IMG/VR virus record: IMGVR_UViG_3300050016_000310
Strand: one strand, 5' to 3'
Length of the DNA stretch: 64,000 bases
From: a virus
The notes below the pieces were generated by a model. It ran no database searches. It was given only the letters and a program-made list of their open reading frames with translations, and was not told the DNA's origin. Below, piece after piece: positions 10,579 to 20,992 of the stretch (within the stretch, counting starts at the first letter, position 1; every line of letters starts with the position of its first letter). The position numbers were made by a program, and so were the translations under genes.

Positions 10579-11601
10579 TTATTGACCCAACCCCATCGCC
10601 CACGAGCGCAGGAACAGAAGCGGCTTATCGGTCAGTGCGGCAAATTCCTTGTGCAACCGGCCGATGTATCGGGCCCGAAGCTTCTTGATTTCCGCGACCT
10701 GTGCCTCCGGCTCGATCGCTTTCGATTGGTAATTCAATCGACCTACCTGGGCTTTGATGAACGCGACATCCTTTACGCTCATCGTCGAGGTTAGATCGTA
10801 GCAGGTAAGCCACCCGGCCTCCAGGAACTGAAGAACCCGCTCGAAGAAGGCCGTGCGGGTGTCTTCCTTCACCATCCGGGAGTACAGGAAAAGCTTCTGC
10901 ACATTGTTCTCGAAGAGGGCCGCGACGAAGTTCTCAATCACCACCAGCTCTTCCGCGAGAGCCTTGCCTTGATCGACATCCCCTCCGACGACGTTGGATT
11001 CCGCCAGCTTGATGGCCCGGCCAGGGTTCCCATTTGCCAGCGTCGCGATCGTGACCATCGTGGCGGGCTTGAGCTTCTGGGGAAGGTTGCTCAGGATCTC
11101 GATCAGCGAGTCTTCCGAGTACTCGCCCAGCTTGATCTCATAAAAGCGGCGCTTGAACTCCGGACTGAGCAGGTTAGGCTTCGACGTGCATCCGACCAGA
11201 AGGGTCGTGCGGGACATATTTTCGATCGGAGTCAGGAAAGCATCCCAGGCGTTCGCCACCATCTTGTGGCACTCATCCAGCAGGAGCACTCGGTAATCGC
11301 CCTTCGCAGGCGAGATGTCCAGGGTCCGGATCAACGCCCGGGCATCTTCGAGCGTGCGGGCGCTCGCGCAGTTCTCCTCCTGGATATCTGAGGCATTCGC
11401 GCCAAGCTGCATGCAGGCCGCGAGACCCAGCGTCGTCTTCCCCAAACCAGAATCCCCGGTGATAAGAAGCGCCCGTGAGACCGATCCATCCTTCACCCCG
11501 GCGATCCAGGTATTGACTTGCGCCTGGATCTCTGGGGAACTGAAGACGTACGAATCAAAAACAGGCCGGTAGGTTCTAAGTCCATTAGCCAACTCGGTCA
11601 T
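10579..11601 (-). CDS. AAA+ clamp loader (DNA pol III gamma/tau-like)
   Basis: Walker A GDSGLGKTT, Walker B LLLDECH, AWDAFLTPIE, GNPGRAI. Confidence 0.85.
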   Translation of the reverse strand: MTELANGLRTYRPVFDSYVFSSPEIQAQVNTWIAGVKDGSVSRALLITGDSGLGKTTLGLAACMQLGANASDIQEENCASARTLEDARALIRTLDISPAKGDYRVLLLDECHKMVANAWDAFLTPIENMSRTTLLVGCTSKPNLLSPEFKRRFYEIKLGEYSEDSLIEILSNLPQKLKPATMVTIATLANGNPGRAIKLAESNVVGGDVDQGKALAEELVVIENFVAALFENNVQKLFLYSRMVKEDTRTAFFERVLQFLEAGWLTCYDLTSTMSVKDVAFIKAQVGRLNYQSKAIEPEAQVAEIKKLRARYIGRLHKEFAALTDKPLLFLRSWAMGLGQ

Positions 11602-11654
11602 ACGGCACGTAACTCCTGGTTATTATCAAGGGGTAGCCCCTTGGGGTAAACCAT

Positions 11655-11903
11655 ATGAACAAAGACTTTGCCAAGTTAAAAGAAGTTCTCGCCACCTCCC
11701 CCGACGCCAGAGCTTCGCTCAAAATTTTCCAGGACACGGGGGTCGTGACCGTCACGGATGCCCGCGCACTTGAAGCGGAAATCCTCGCGCGGGAAGAAGC
11801 TGCCGCCAATTCCATGCCCTTTGACGAGATCATAGCGGCTTTAGAAGAAGAAGGCTGCTCGGATATCGCGGAACGGCTCCACCAAATCCTTCTGGAGAAA
11901 TAA
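11655..11903 (+). CDS. Hypothetical protein
   Basis: First gene of a plus-strand operon. Confidence 0.6.
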   Translation: MNKDFAKLKEVLATSPDARASLKIFQDTGVVTVTDARALEAEILAREEAAANSMPFDEIIAALEEEGCSDIAERLHQILLEK

Positions 11904-12680
11904 ATGTCTGATTTCCAGAAAATGCTCGACCGATTCAACGAGCATGAATCCCACCTCCGCGAGCTGGGCGATGCCCTGGTTCAACGCTACCCCCAATCCC
12001 AAAACCTGATCCAACTCTCCCAGGAACTCGGCGCCGCCATCGATGGCTTGGGCGCCCTCAAGACCCGCCTGGGTGACGCCATCCATGAAGCGGAGAGTCA
12101 GACGACCTTAGCGGCCGACTTGAAGCTCAAGATGGATGCCTCCCCAGTCTATCAGCAGCTCACGGAACGGGACCGCGCGAAGCTCACCGAGTACCTGCTG
12201 GCCAACGAGGCAGGGCTCGCGACCGATGCTGAGCTGGAAGCCTACGTGCTGCGCTCGCTCGAACAGAAATCAGAAGCCGAGCTTTTGGCTGAATTTTCCA
12301 AGGCCCACATCCTGGAGCTGGGCCAAGCGATCCAGCCGGGGGTGGGTGAGTTTGACGCCTACAAGTTCGGCACGGAAGCGCTCCGCAAGCAGTTTGGCGA
12401 TCCCCAGCAGAAGCAGGAAATCCTTGCGGATCTGGCCAAGGTTCTTCTGAAGGAGAGCCCCGGGACCGTGCTCAAGCTCTTCTACGCGGCGGCCTTCAAA
12501 CAGGACGAGACGCCGGAGCCCCCTGCCCAGCCCGCCACCCCGGCCGCCCCAAAACCGGCAGAACTCAAAGCGGATCCCGGCCCGGCCCCCATCGTGCAGC
12601 CGGAGGTTCCTGAAAACGCCAGTCCTTACACGCCGGAGCCCTCCACGAATGCTCCTGAGCCCGAGGCGGCGGCCGTATGA
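11904..12680 (+). CDS. Hypothetical helical protein with Pro/Ala-rich tail
   Basis: 258 aa, directly abuts the upstream stop codon. Confidence 0.7.
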   Translation: MSDFQKMLDRFNEHESHLRELGDALVQRYPQSQNLIQLSQELGAAIDGLGALKTRLGDAIHEAESQTTLAADLKLKMDASPVYQQLTERDRAKLTEYLLANEAGLATDAELEAYVLRSLEQKSEAELLAEFSKAHILELGQAIQPGVGEFDAYKFGTEALRKQFGDPQQKQEILADLAKVLLKESPGTVLKLFYAAAFKQDETPEPPAQPATPAAPKPAELKADPGPAPIVQPEVPENASPYTPEPSTNAPEPEAAAV

Positions 12681-13372
12681 GCGATATCTACGAGTTGCAG
12701 CAGCCAAGCCCCCACCAATCGGGGGCGGATCAATCGGGCACTCAGGAGGGACAACTTCCTTCGGTGCGCGATACGATTGACCCGGCTACCGTGGGGGACA
12801 AGGCGTTTGAGTGCAAGGAAGCGCTCATGATTCGACCTTATTATTTAGACATGAAGACCCAAAAGCTCAACGATTCCTATCCGACGCTTTCGAAGCTTTT
12901 GGAGCAGGGTGCCTACCCGACAACCGAACGCTTGCTCGCGGCGGAAGGCGACGGGGAAATGGAAGCTCCTCAGATGATCCAGACGGACCCAGCTGAGTCC
13001 GAAGAGCCCCCGATGGAGCCCGGCGCCGACGTGAGCCCTGCCGGTGACGACGCAGGCACCCGCGAAGCGACCAAGGCCGCGAACATGGAGAAGCTTGGGA
13101 TCGCGACCCCGGAAGAATTTGCCGCCAAGTTCAAGGGCAAGCTGGAAGAATTGGGCGAAGAGCACGGCATTGGTGATCCCCTGGCCTACAGCTTTCGCAC
13201 GAACAAGATCGAGCTGATCGGCACGGAAGCGATCTTGCTGATCGACTACGACATGAATGCGCTGCACACGCGCCCCATGTACCCGATCGAAGAATCCGAA
13301 CCCGCTACTCCTCCAGAAGAGGGTGGGGAAGGCGAGCCCGCTGCTCCGCCCGCTGAAGACAGCGGCGAATAA
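12677..13372 (+). CDS. Hypothetical acidic protein
   Basis: 231 aa, ATGA overlap with upstream gene. Confidence 0.7.
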   Translation: MSDIYELQQPSPHQSGADQSGTQEGQLPSVRDTIDPATVGDKAFECKEALMIRPYYLDMKTQKLNDSYPTLSKLLEQGAYPTTERLLAAEGDGEMEAPQMIQTDPAESEEPPMEPGADVSPAGDDAGTREATKAANMEKLGIATPEEFAAKFKGKLEELGEEHGIGDPLAYSFRTNKIELIGTEAILLIDYDMNALHTRPMYPIEESEPATPPEEGGEGEPAAPPAEDSGE

Positions 13373-13394
13373 ACCGAAAGCCTGAGGAGATTTT

Positions 13395-13637
13395 ATGAGC
13401 CAAGGATTACTGAAAGCCCTGATCGAAAAGAAATTGACCGTGAAGAAGGCGCCGAATGTCCAAGGCACGGTTCGCCTCCACTTCCCGAATCCCGAGATTC
13501 AAGATTTCATCCTGACGAGCTTCCAGCCGGTGGACGTGTTCGCCCGCATCGGCATGACCGCCGATGACGTGAAGAAATCAAACATCGCCGCGCTCCTGAC
13601 CGCCGGACATATCGTCAAGGTCACGCCTAAAAAGTAA
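13395..13637 (+). CDS. Hypothetical protein
   Basis: GAGGAG RBS; 80 aa. Confidence 0.65.
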   Translation: MSQGLLKALIEKKLTVKKAPNVQGTVRLHFPNPEIQDFILTSFQPVDVFARIGMTADDVKKSNIAALLTAGHIVKVTPKK

Positions 13638-13650
13638 TCTCGGGGATTTC

Positions 13651-14175
13651 ATGAAGTTGAGCCACGACCGGGCCCTGAAGGACCGGGGCTGGAAAAGCCC
13701 CGCTGAACTTCCCAAGGGTCCGAATGGCTATGCCCTCTGCCGCCAATGCCAGACCGAGGTCAAGCCGCCGCAGCGGACCTTTTGTTCTCAGGCGTGTATT
13801 CATACTTGGAAGATCCGCTCCAGCCCGAGCTACGCCCGCGAGCAAGTCTTCCTCCGAGACAAAGGTGTCTGCGCGGTCTGCAAGCTCGATACGGAGAAGC
13901 TCCGCGAGATCCTCTATGCGATCCGCATCCAAAGCGAGGAACATTACCAACAATTAACTGTTCTGTATCGGCTGAAGTATGGTTTCGGATTCAATCTTGC
14001 GGCGCATTTCTTCGAGATGGATCATATTCTCCCCGTTGCACAGGGGGGAGGATCCTGTGGATTAGAAAATCTACAATCCCTGTGTTTACCCTGCCACCGA
14101 GATAAAACGAGGGAGCAGATGCGAGCTAAGCGGCTCAGGCGCAAGGGCCGCCACCCGGGGAATTCCCGGTTTTAG
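13651..14175 (+). CDS. HNH endonuclease with N-terminal zinc finger
   Basis: CRQC...FCSQAC; EMDHILPVAQGGG...ENLQSLCLPCHRDKT. Confidence 0.85.
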   Translation: MKLSHDRALKDRGWKSPAELPKGPNGYALCRQCQTEVKPPQRTFCSQACIHTWKIRSSPSYAREQVFLRDKGVCAVCKLDTEKLREILYAIRIQSEEHYQQLTVLYRLKYGFGFNLAAHFFEMDHILPVAQGGGSCGLENLQSLCLPCHRDKTREQMRAKRLRRKGRHPGNSRF

Positions 14176-14187
14176 TAAAGGATTTTT

Positions 14188-14646
14188 ATGCTGAGGGACG
14201 AGTTGGATAAAAATCTGTGTTTAGCCTTTCCCAATCTGTACCGAGAGAGGTACAAGACCCGCTTCGGGCTGCGTTACGGTTTTGAGATCCCGGAGGGTTG
14301 GTTCTTTCTCGTGGAGGAATTATCCACCCAGCTGGAGGCTGAGATCCTGAAAGCCAAGCCCGCAAAACGTCCCACCTATCATGCACTCCAGGTGAAAGAG
14401 AAGTTTGCCCACCTGAGATTTTACATGCACGACATGACGGACGCGATGGAGCGGCTGATCGATCAGGCAACGGAAAAGAGTGGAAAGACATGCCAAGAGT
14501 GCGGAAAAGCGGGGACAATGTATCCCCCAAACGAGCAAAGAAAGCCCGGGTCCTTCGTCTGGTTGGAAACGCTATGCCCCCAGCACCAGGACGAAAGGGA
14601 AAAGAGCAAGTTGAAGACCCCGGCACTCCCGGCGCCCACCTCGTAG
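14188..14646 (+). CDS. Conserved phage hypothetical protein (QVKEKFxxLRFY family)
   Basis: GWFFLVEEL...QVKEKFAHLRFY...TCQECG. Confidence 0.7.
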   Translation: MLRDELDKNLCLAFPNLYRERYKTRFGLRYGFEIPEGWFFLVEELSTQLEAEILKAKPAKRPTYHALQVKEKFAHLRFYMHDMTDAMERLIDQATEKSGKTCQECGKAGTMYPPNEQRKPGSFVWLETLCPQHQDEREKSKLKTPALPAPTS

Positions 14647-15107
14647 CCACTTCCTACTACGGGTTCGATCACGAAGCTGTGAAGAAAAAGTTCGAGGGCG
14701 CCCCCGAGTTCATCCGCGAGTTCTGCCTAAACGGCGCTACCCTGCCGGTCGCGGTTTACCGCGTCCGGAAGCCGGATCGGAAGAAGGGACATAAAGACTT
14801 CCTGCTCCTCTCCCGGCCGCTCTTTGAGGCCCACCTCACGCTGGTGATGGGGATGAACCGTGCGCAGATGGTGAAGCACCGGTTTCAGCAGGGGCTCCAA
14901 TGCACCCAATGCGCGAACGTGCTATTCAGCCCCTCCGTCCACGCGACCCGGACCTGCTTCTGCAAAAAAGTCTGGGTCGATGGAGGCAAGGATTACCTGC
15001 ATGCGAGCTGCAACCGGTATAGCCAGCCCGTGGAGATCGATCTCCTGACCGGAAAATTCAAGGTCACGAAAGTCCCAAAAAGCAAAAAAGTCCGTCGTTT
15101 AATTTGA
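14574..15107 (+). CDS. Hypothetical protein with C-terminal Zn-binding domain (start uncertain)
   Basis: CTQC...SVHATRTCFCKKVWVDGGKDY. Confidence 0.6.
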   Translation: MPPAPGRKGKEQVEDPGTPGAHLVATSYYGFDHEAVKKKFEGAPEFIREFCLNGATLPVAVYRVRKPDRKKGHKDFLLLSRPLFEAHLTLVMGMNRAQMVKHRFQQGLQCTQCANVLFSPSVHATRTCFCKKVWVDGGKDYLHASCNRYSQPVEIDLLTGKFKVTKVPKSKKVRRLI

Positions 15108-15131
15108 CACTTGGTATTAAATCATTATCTT
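15104..15131 (+). promoter_or_regulatory. Sigma70-like promoter
   Basis: TTGACA-N16-TATCTT. Confidence 0.45.
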
Positions 15132-15195
15132 TAGAGTGTGAAGCTCTGTGATTTGGGATATTTTTGCATCGTAGCAACAGCACTCGTGGTGACGC

Positions 15196-15705
15196 TTGCG
15201 TACCTTCGTGTGTGAAATCTGCTCACGTGCCCAGCCTGAATCCCTCCACAATTCGCATCACAAGATCCCCCAGTCCCTAGGGGGACCGGACGACGCGTCC
15301 AACAAAGTGAACCTAGATTCCGGTTGTCACCAAAACCTCCATTCTATTGCATACATGATGCTGAATCCCAAAAGGCAGCACGAAGTCGAACCGACCTCGG
15401 TCGCGCTCTTTCCCCATGACACGAAGGCCAGGGCCAAGCTGATCGAATTCGCCCGACTGGTCGCCCGCGAGATGTCGCTCCGGAAGGAGATCCGGAAGGC
15501 GCCGGGGGAAGAGGTCCGGACGATGATCGAACTGCCCGGCCTCTATCTGGAGCTGATCCGTCTGGCCGGGTACGACATGCCGAGCGCGGCCGGGAAGCCT
15601 GCGGGGGTCGCCCGCGTGCTTCGCACCTGGGTCGCCCAGGAGCTGATGCGGAAATTTCCCCTGCGGCGCTCCGAGATCGAGGCATATCGCAAGCCCCGGA
15701 AGTAG
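15196..15705 (+). CDS. HNH-like protein with possible C-terminal ribbon-helix-helix
   Basis: CEIC...HHKIPQSLGG...NKVNLDSGCHQNLH. Confidence 0.65.
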   Translation: MRTFVCEICSRAQPESLHNSHHKIPQSLGGPDDASNKVNLDSGCHQNLHSIAYMMLNPKRQHEVEPTSVALFPHDTKARAKLIEFARLVAREMSLRKEIRKAPGEEVRTMIELPGLYLELIRLAGYDMPSAAGKPAGVARVLRTWVAQELMRKFPLRRSEIEAYRKPRK

Positions 15706-15892
15706 ACGTTAATTTAACGCACTGTTTCAAGTGATCTACCACGTCACGAGTTATCATTCAAGAAACAGATGATTCCCCTATTCTTACACTAGGATAATCT
15801 TGCCGGTATCATTCACGTTTCCATTCATTCCGCAATGAGTGTAGAAATTAAAAATTGCAAGATGCTCGATTCCCCCTCAGCATCTATTGCAC

Positions 15893-16825
15893 ATGTTCAT
15901 GAAGCGAATTCGCCAGTTGGCGATTGAGTGGGGGAAGGCGCCGCACGAAATGGAGTGCGTGGCCAGGGAATCTCTACTGTATGGGATGCGGCTCGTTACC
16001 AGGCCCACGCGCCTCAAAAGCGAGCTGAAAAAAATAGGAATCGACAGCAAGCTGGCGACTCCGCTCTGGTCAGGCAATTTCTACTTGCTCCAGATCCTGC
16101 CGACCGTGCTGCTCGACAAGAAAAAGAAGATCCCGAGCCTGGAGGACTTCCAGTTCGCCCGGAAGGTCCTCAAGAAGTTTGACTTGAAGCTCCTTGAAGC
16201 CCGCGTCAAAAATCTCTCGGGGCTCTGCCGGGACGAGATGCTCGCGAAGCTCCTAAAGACCGCGACTCTCCAGCAATCCTACCGGGGTCGCTTCCTACCC
16301 AAGTTTGATCGCATGCACGAGCACAAGCACGACATCCAGCATGACCTGGCTTGCGAAACGCTCGCGATCATCAACAAAGAGTGGACCAACTTCAAGACCA
16401 ACGACCCAAACGAGATCCAGGGCTACCTCTCCTACTGCCTGAAGAACAAGGCCAATACCTATCTGGAGAACCGGGCCCCCAAGCTCCACCGGGCCGAAAT
16501 GGAGGACGATGAAGCGCTGGATCGGGCAGCCCACCAGAGGCAATCCCTCGATTACAACCTGGACCTCGACCACTCCACCGTGATCCTCCGGACGGATCTG
16601 CAAAAGATCTTGAGCCCCCAGGCATACCGGGGGATCTCCCTGCTGCTGAACTTCGCGCGGAAACCCGACGAGCACGAGTTCCTTCAATTCCTCCAGGCGA
16701 AGGGGTTGAAGCGCGATGGCCTCTCCTACTCGAAGCTCAAGGTTCACATCGAGCGGCATCTGGGCGTCAAGGTCTTCCAGGAGATGAAAACAACCCCGCA
16801 ACTGGTAGAGTACCTGCGGGGGTAG
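15893..16825 (+). CDS. Hypothetical protein, possibly sigma-factor-like
   Basis: HDLACETL...GYLSYCLKNKANTYL resembles sigma region 2; weak match. Confidence 0.45.
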   Translation: MFMKRIRQLAIEWGKAPHEMECVARESLLYGMRLVTRPTRLKSELKKIGIDSKLATPLWSGNFYLLQILPTVLLDKKKKIPSLEDFQFARKVLKKFDLKLLEARVKNLSGLCRDEMLAKLLKTATLQQSYRGRFLPKFDRMHEHKHDIQHDLACETLAIINKEWTNFKTNDPNEIQGYLSYCLKNKANTYLENRAPKLHRAEMEDDEALDRAAHQRQSLDYNLDLDHSTVILRTDLQKILSPQAYRGISLLLNFARKPDEHEFLQFLQAKGLKRDGLSYSKLKVHIERHLGVKVFQEMKTTPQLVEYLRG

Positions 16826-16826
16826 C

Positions 16827-17246
16827 ATGGCCAAACCGATCCGCATCCTGCTCGATTCCTTCGACGAAACCTTCGGCGTGGGGGTAGTCGCCCCCTGCGA
16901 AAGCAATATCGTCTGGGTCCGCTCCTGTCTGGTGGACCCCACCACCGAAACGGAAGGAATCTATCTCCCGCTCTCACCCAAGAAACTCTGGGACGGGCCC
17001 ATGCTGGACGGCTACTTCCAGAGCCTTCCCAAGAAGCGGGTAGGCTTCTACGACCCTAAAATCGTGGAGAAGTTCCTGAAGGCCAACCGGGATCTACACT
17101 TCGATCCGCTCCCCTTTGGCAGTGGCCCGCTGCGGATGTACTCCGGCTGGCTCCCCGTTCTCTGCCAGCGCGATCCCGGGCATCCCATCTGGGGCCGTTT
17201 CTATGGCAAGAAAGTCATTCTGGTCTACCCTACGGCCGTGCTTTAA
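16827..17246 (+). CDS. Hypothetical protein
   Basis: 139 aa, immediately after the upstream stop. Confidence 0.65.
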   Translation: MAKPIRILLDSFDETFGVGVVAPCESNIVWVRSCLVDPTTETEGIYLPLSPKKLWDGPMLDGYFQSLPKKRVGFYDPKIVEKFLKANRDLHFDPLPFGSGPLRMYSGWLPVLCQRDPGHPIWGRFYGKKVILVYPTAVL

Positions 17247-17373
17247 GGGTTCCAGTCCAAGGCCGTCATCGCCAGCTCCCAGAGCTTGGAGACGGCCAGC
17301 GCGATGATGACCAGACAGAGGAAACTTCCGAAAGCTAACGCTAGAGCTTGCAGGCGGAGCCTCCAGATCCTCA

Positions 17374-18408
17374 TCATCGGGGTGTGACCTTGATCGTCTG
17401 GTACGCCACCACGTCATAGCTCGCGCCGTCCTGATTATCGAATCCACCCGTCCCGACAGTCGTTCGCTGCTTCAACACCTGGAGCTGAAACGTACCGAGC
17501 CTACGCGGCGTGAGCGTGCGCGACTTGGGCTCATACGTCGCGATGTTCGGATCCGAAATAACGATCCGCTGAGTCTTGGGCTGAAATTTGGTGATGGAGA
17601 CGAGCGTGCTCTGATTCATCGGGATGGTGGTGGGCGCATTGATGATCGGCACGACGTTCGTGATATCGCCGCCGGGCGGATTCATGATGCCGCCCTGGAT
17701 CCCGCCATTACGATCCAGCTTCTGCTGGATGATGATGCAATCCTCGAACAAGACGTTGGGAATCTCGACCGTCGTGCTCCAAACTCGATCGGTAGGCGAT
17801 TCGCCCACGGGCGTCTGCGTGATGCTCGTGAACTGCGGCACGCCCATCGTCATGACCCAGGTCTCCCCCAGATCCCGGTTGCCGGTCATACGGGTTCCCC
17901 CGGCCAGCCACTTCAGCTCTCCGAACATCGTCGAGAGAAGCCCCTGGAGGAAGTCCGTGTTGCTCTGGGCGACCGTACCGGCCACCACCGAGATGCTCAG
18001 CTCGCGAATCACCTGGACCGTTCCGTACCAGTATCCATTTTGCGTGCGCGCCCGCTGCAACCCCGTGAAATTCATCGGAACGATCTTGAACTCGGAATCG
18101 ACAATCAGAATGGCGGGCAATTGTTGATGGATCTGCTCGAACAAACGCGCCAGCTGGAGCTTGCGAAGCGTGGGGTCGCTCGTTGGATCAAAAGATTTGT
18201 CTGTGATGTAACTGAGCCCCAACTTGGTAAAAGTCTCATACAGGGAGCGGTTTCCGCCGTCTTTGTTCATGAAGCTTTCGATGTACCGCTGGATGCCCGC
18301 TTTCACGAGCATTTTGATATGGTCCACCGTGTAGGACTGGACCGCCTCTTCCATCGACTGGGCGATTTTCCGGTTCAAGTATCCGCTAGGAGGGGGTGGG
18401 AGGGCCAT
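17374..18408 (-). CDS. Putative tail-completion-like structural protein with C-terminal Ig-like domain
   Basis: C-terminal SDPNIATYE...LTPRRLGTFQLQV resembles bacterial Ig-like folds. Confidence 0.45.
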   Translation of the reverse strand: MALPPPPSGYLNRKIAQSMEEAVQSYTVDHIKMLVKAGIQRYIESFMNKDGGNRSLYETFTKLGLSYITDKSFDPTSDPTLRKLQLARLFEQIHQQLPAILIVDSEFKIVPMNFTGLQRARTQNGYWYGTVQVIRELSISVVAGTVAQSNTDFLQGLLSTMFGELKWLAGGTRMTGNRDLGETWVMTMGVPQFTSITQTPVGESPTDRVWSTTVEIPNVLFEDCIIIQQKLDRNGGIQGGIMNPPGGDITNVVPIINAPTTIPMNQSTLVSITKFQPKTQRIVISDPNIATYEPKSRTLTPRRLGTFQLQVLKQRTTVGTGGFDNQDGASYDVVAYQTIKVTPR

Positions 18409-18488
18409 ACCCTAAAACTAACCGACCCCTTGCCGGAAGGGGTTTGGCCTGTTACTCAAACTTTTTACAGCGTGGGGAGTGTGCGTAG

Positions 18489-19799
18489 TTGAATACTTTT
18501 GATCCGGTCCTTGAGACTCGTGTGCTCAAGACCGTCTTGGAGAAAAAAGATCCAAGATTCATCGTCAATTTGTCCTCAGACTGGTTCGGACTCCCGATTG
18601 CTCGGGAGATCTGGGAGCGCATCAATTCGCTCAAAACCAACGGCAAACAAATCCCCTCCGTCATCACCTTCGCCAGCGATCCCGTCCTCTCCGAGAATGC
18701 CCAGGCGCTCCTCAAAGGCGCCATCACGTCGTTCGAAACGAACGAAGTGGAAGCGGCCATGGATCAGCTCAACTACTTCCGGCAGGGCCGGGTGCTGCTC
18801 GCTTCCTCCAAAAAAGTGACGGAGCTGCTTGTACCCCAGACGGGGAACATCGCAGAAGCCAAGATCACGTTGGAGCGGGCGCTCGCCGCCCTCCAGAGTG
18901 CGGACCTGGAAGACGACTTTCTCTCCTATGGCCGTAACAGCGAGAAGACGCTCGAACTCTACGACACGGTGATGAGCCAGACCGCGACAGAGCGGTTCAT
19001 CCCGATCGGCTTCAAATTCGTGGATAAGAAACAAGGGGGCCTGGGGCGCGGGCGCCTCTACACGATTGGGGCGCCGAGCGGGGGAGGCAAGAGCACGATT
19101 GTTAACCAAATGTGTATTAATACATACCAGCAATTTGGTTATTCCTGCCTCTACAACTCGTTCGAAATGGGCAAGGAAGAATGCCTGCTCCGCACGCAGG
19201 CCAATATCACCCGGATCCCGAACGATCGTTTCCAGCTCAATACCCTCACAGCCCAAGAAATCATCCATTCCAACAAGACTCTTCTCAAGTTCATGGCCCT
19301 TGGAGAAAAGACGGGGAAGACGCTGGAGTACCATTGCCCGAAGCGCGACATCAATATCGCCCAGCTGATCTCGATCATCGAGCCGATGAGCTTCGATGTG
19401 GTCGTGGTCGATTACATCAACCTGATGGCTCACCTGAACCCCAAGGAGGGGCTATGGTGGAACATCGGCGAAGCCTTCCGCCTGATGAAGCGTTTCGCCG
19501 AGCGCACCCGCTGCGCCGTCATTATGGTCGTGCAGATCGACGAAGAAACCAAAGGCATCAAGTACGCCAAGTCCATCAAACACCATTCAGATGGTGTGTG
19601 GATCTGGGACTGGAACGACCAGATCAAAGAAGCGGGTGGACTGGTGGAAGTTGAGCAGGTTAAGCTCCGAAACTTCGCGCCAGAGAAGTTCAGCCTCCAA
19701 GCAGAATTCGAATACTGCGCGTTCAGCGAATCCTTCGGAACCGGCGCAAGCCCTACCGGCGTGGTCCCGGTGAAATTTTTGAAACCCATGACGTTATGA
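18489..19799 (+). CDS. dnaB: DnaB-like replicative helicase
   Basis: GAPSGGGKST, SFEM, VVVVDYINLM, VVQ. Confidence 0.9.
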   Translation: MNTFDPVLETRVLKTVLEKKDPRFIVNLSSDWFGLPIAREIWERINSLKTNGKQIPSVITFASDPVLSENAQALLKGAITSFETNEVEAAMDQLNYFRQGRVLLASSKKVTELLVPQTGNIAEAKITLERALAALQSADLEDDFLSYGRNSEKTLELYDTVMSQTATERFIPIGFKFVDKKQGGLGRGRLYTIGAPSGGGKSTIVNQMCINTYQQFGYSCLYNSFEMGKEECLLRTQANITRIPNDRFQLNTLTAQEIIHSNKTLLKFMALGEKTGKTLEYHCPKRDINIAQLISIIEPMSFDVVVVDYINLMAHLNPKEGLWWNIGEAFRLMKRFAERTRCAVIMVVQIDEETKGIKYAKSIKHHSDGVWIWDWNDQIKEAGGLVEVEQVKLRNFAPEKFSLQAEFEYCAFSESFGTGASPTGVVPVKFLKPMTL

Positions 19800-20989
19800 G
19801 CAAATCTTCTCAAATCCAAATCCCGATCAAACCCTTCGCGCTCTTCATCAAAGCGGCGTCTAAGTGGCTCGCAGAAAATACCGAAGTCAAAACCGGCCTG
19901 GAGTTGCGACTCGCGGCTGAGGGCCCGGACCTCCACGTCTCGGTCGGCGCCAACTCCAGCTACCTGGAGGCGTTGCTCGTCGCCGACGTTTCTCTGCTCA
20001 CCGAGCCCATCTTCTTGGACATGTCCTACCTGTCGAATTACCCATTCGATTCTGAGCCCCTCATACTCATCAAGCCCGAAGTCGGACGCAATACCGAAAA
20101 CAAAGACAAGCGGGCGCAGTTCAAGGCGCCGAGCCAAAACTTCCGGATCCCGATCCGCTCGGGCGATGCCTGGGAACGAAACCACCAGGACCTGGAGCAG
20201 TTCAAGGAAACTCAGGGATTTTTCCTGACCCAGGAATTGATGAGCGAGGTCTACCCGAATCTGGATCTGCCGGACAGCTTCGGTCAGAAGAAAAAGGTCC
20301 CGCAACGGGTGGCGTTTGAAAAGCTGGAGGGGAACCAGTTCCAGGCGTACTCGGAGGACGACTTCGGCGCGCTCTGGCATAAATTCAAGTCCGACGACTT
20401 TCAATCTCTCAACGACTTCCAAAAGATCGTCGTCATGTACGATTTCTTCATCCCCTACGCCCAAGTGCCTGGCTACACCGGGATCATTCTGAAGCAATCC
20501 AACCGGCTGACGATCGGGGAACTCAAGATCAACAAGGGCGGGTTCAAGCGCTTTCGTTGGATGCAACCGAACCATACGAAAACGATGGGCAACATCCCGG
20601 TAGACGCGACCAAAGTCCGGGAGAAGGTCAGCACATGCTTGACCTTCGATGCTGACGACTTTACCAAGAAGGTGGAACAGGCGATCATTTTTTATCGGGG
20701 CGAGAAGGAGTTGCAAGACATGCCGCTCGAATTCTCCATTATCCAGGACAGCTACACGCTCTCCGCGCGGCTCCAGAGCAGCGAGATGCAGATTGAGGGC
20801 AAGACGAAAGAGCCGGTACCGTCGCCCCTTAGGATCAACTTCCAAGCTGCTTGCTTGAGGGATTACTTGAAATGCCTGAAAAAGAAGGAGACGCTCCACA
20901 TGGAAATATTTCCTCAGAGCGTGATCCTCTATCAGCAGAAGGAAAACCAGAGCCTGCTCTATTGGATGCCGACAAGATCAACGAGGTAA
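19796..20989 (+). CDS. Putative sliding clamp (beta-clamp-like)
   Basis: 397 aa, coupled to the helicase; C-terminal LRINFQAACLRDYL pattern; a clamp loader is present in the window. Confidence 0.5.
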   Translation: MSKSSQIQIPIKPFALFIKAASKWLAENTEVKTGLELRLAAEGPDLHVSVGANSSYLEALLVADVSLLTEPIFLDMSYLSNYPFDSEPLILIKPEVGRNTENKDKRAQFKAPSQNFRIPIRSGDAWERNHQDLEQFKETQGFFLTQELMSEVYPNLDLPDSFGQKKKVPQRVAFEKLEGNQFQAYSEDDFGALWHKFKSDDFQSLNDFQKIVVMYDFFIPYAQVPGYTGIILKQSNRLTIGELKINKGGFKRFRWMQPNHTKTMGNIPVDATKVREKVSTCLTFDADDFTKKVEQAIIFYRGEKELQDMPLEFSIIQDSYTLSARLQSSEMQIEGKTKEPVPSPLRINFQAACLRDYLKCLKKKETLHMEIFPQSVILYQQKENQSLLYWMPTRSTR

Positions 20990-20992
20990 CGA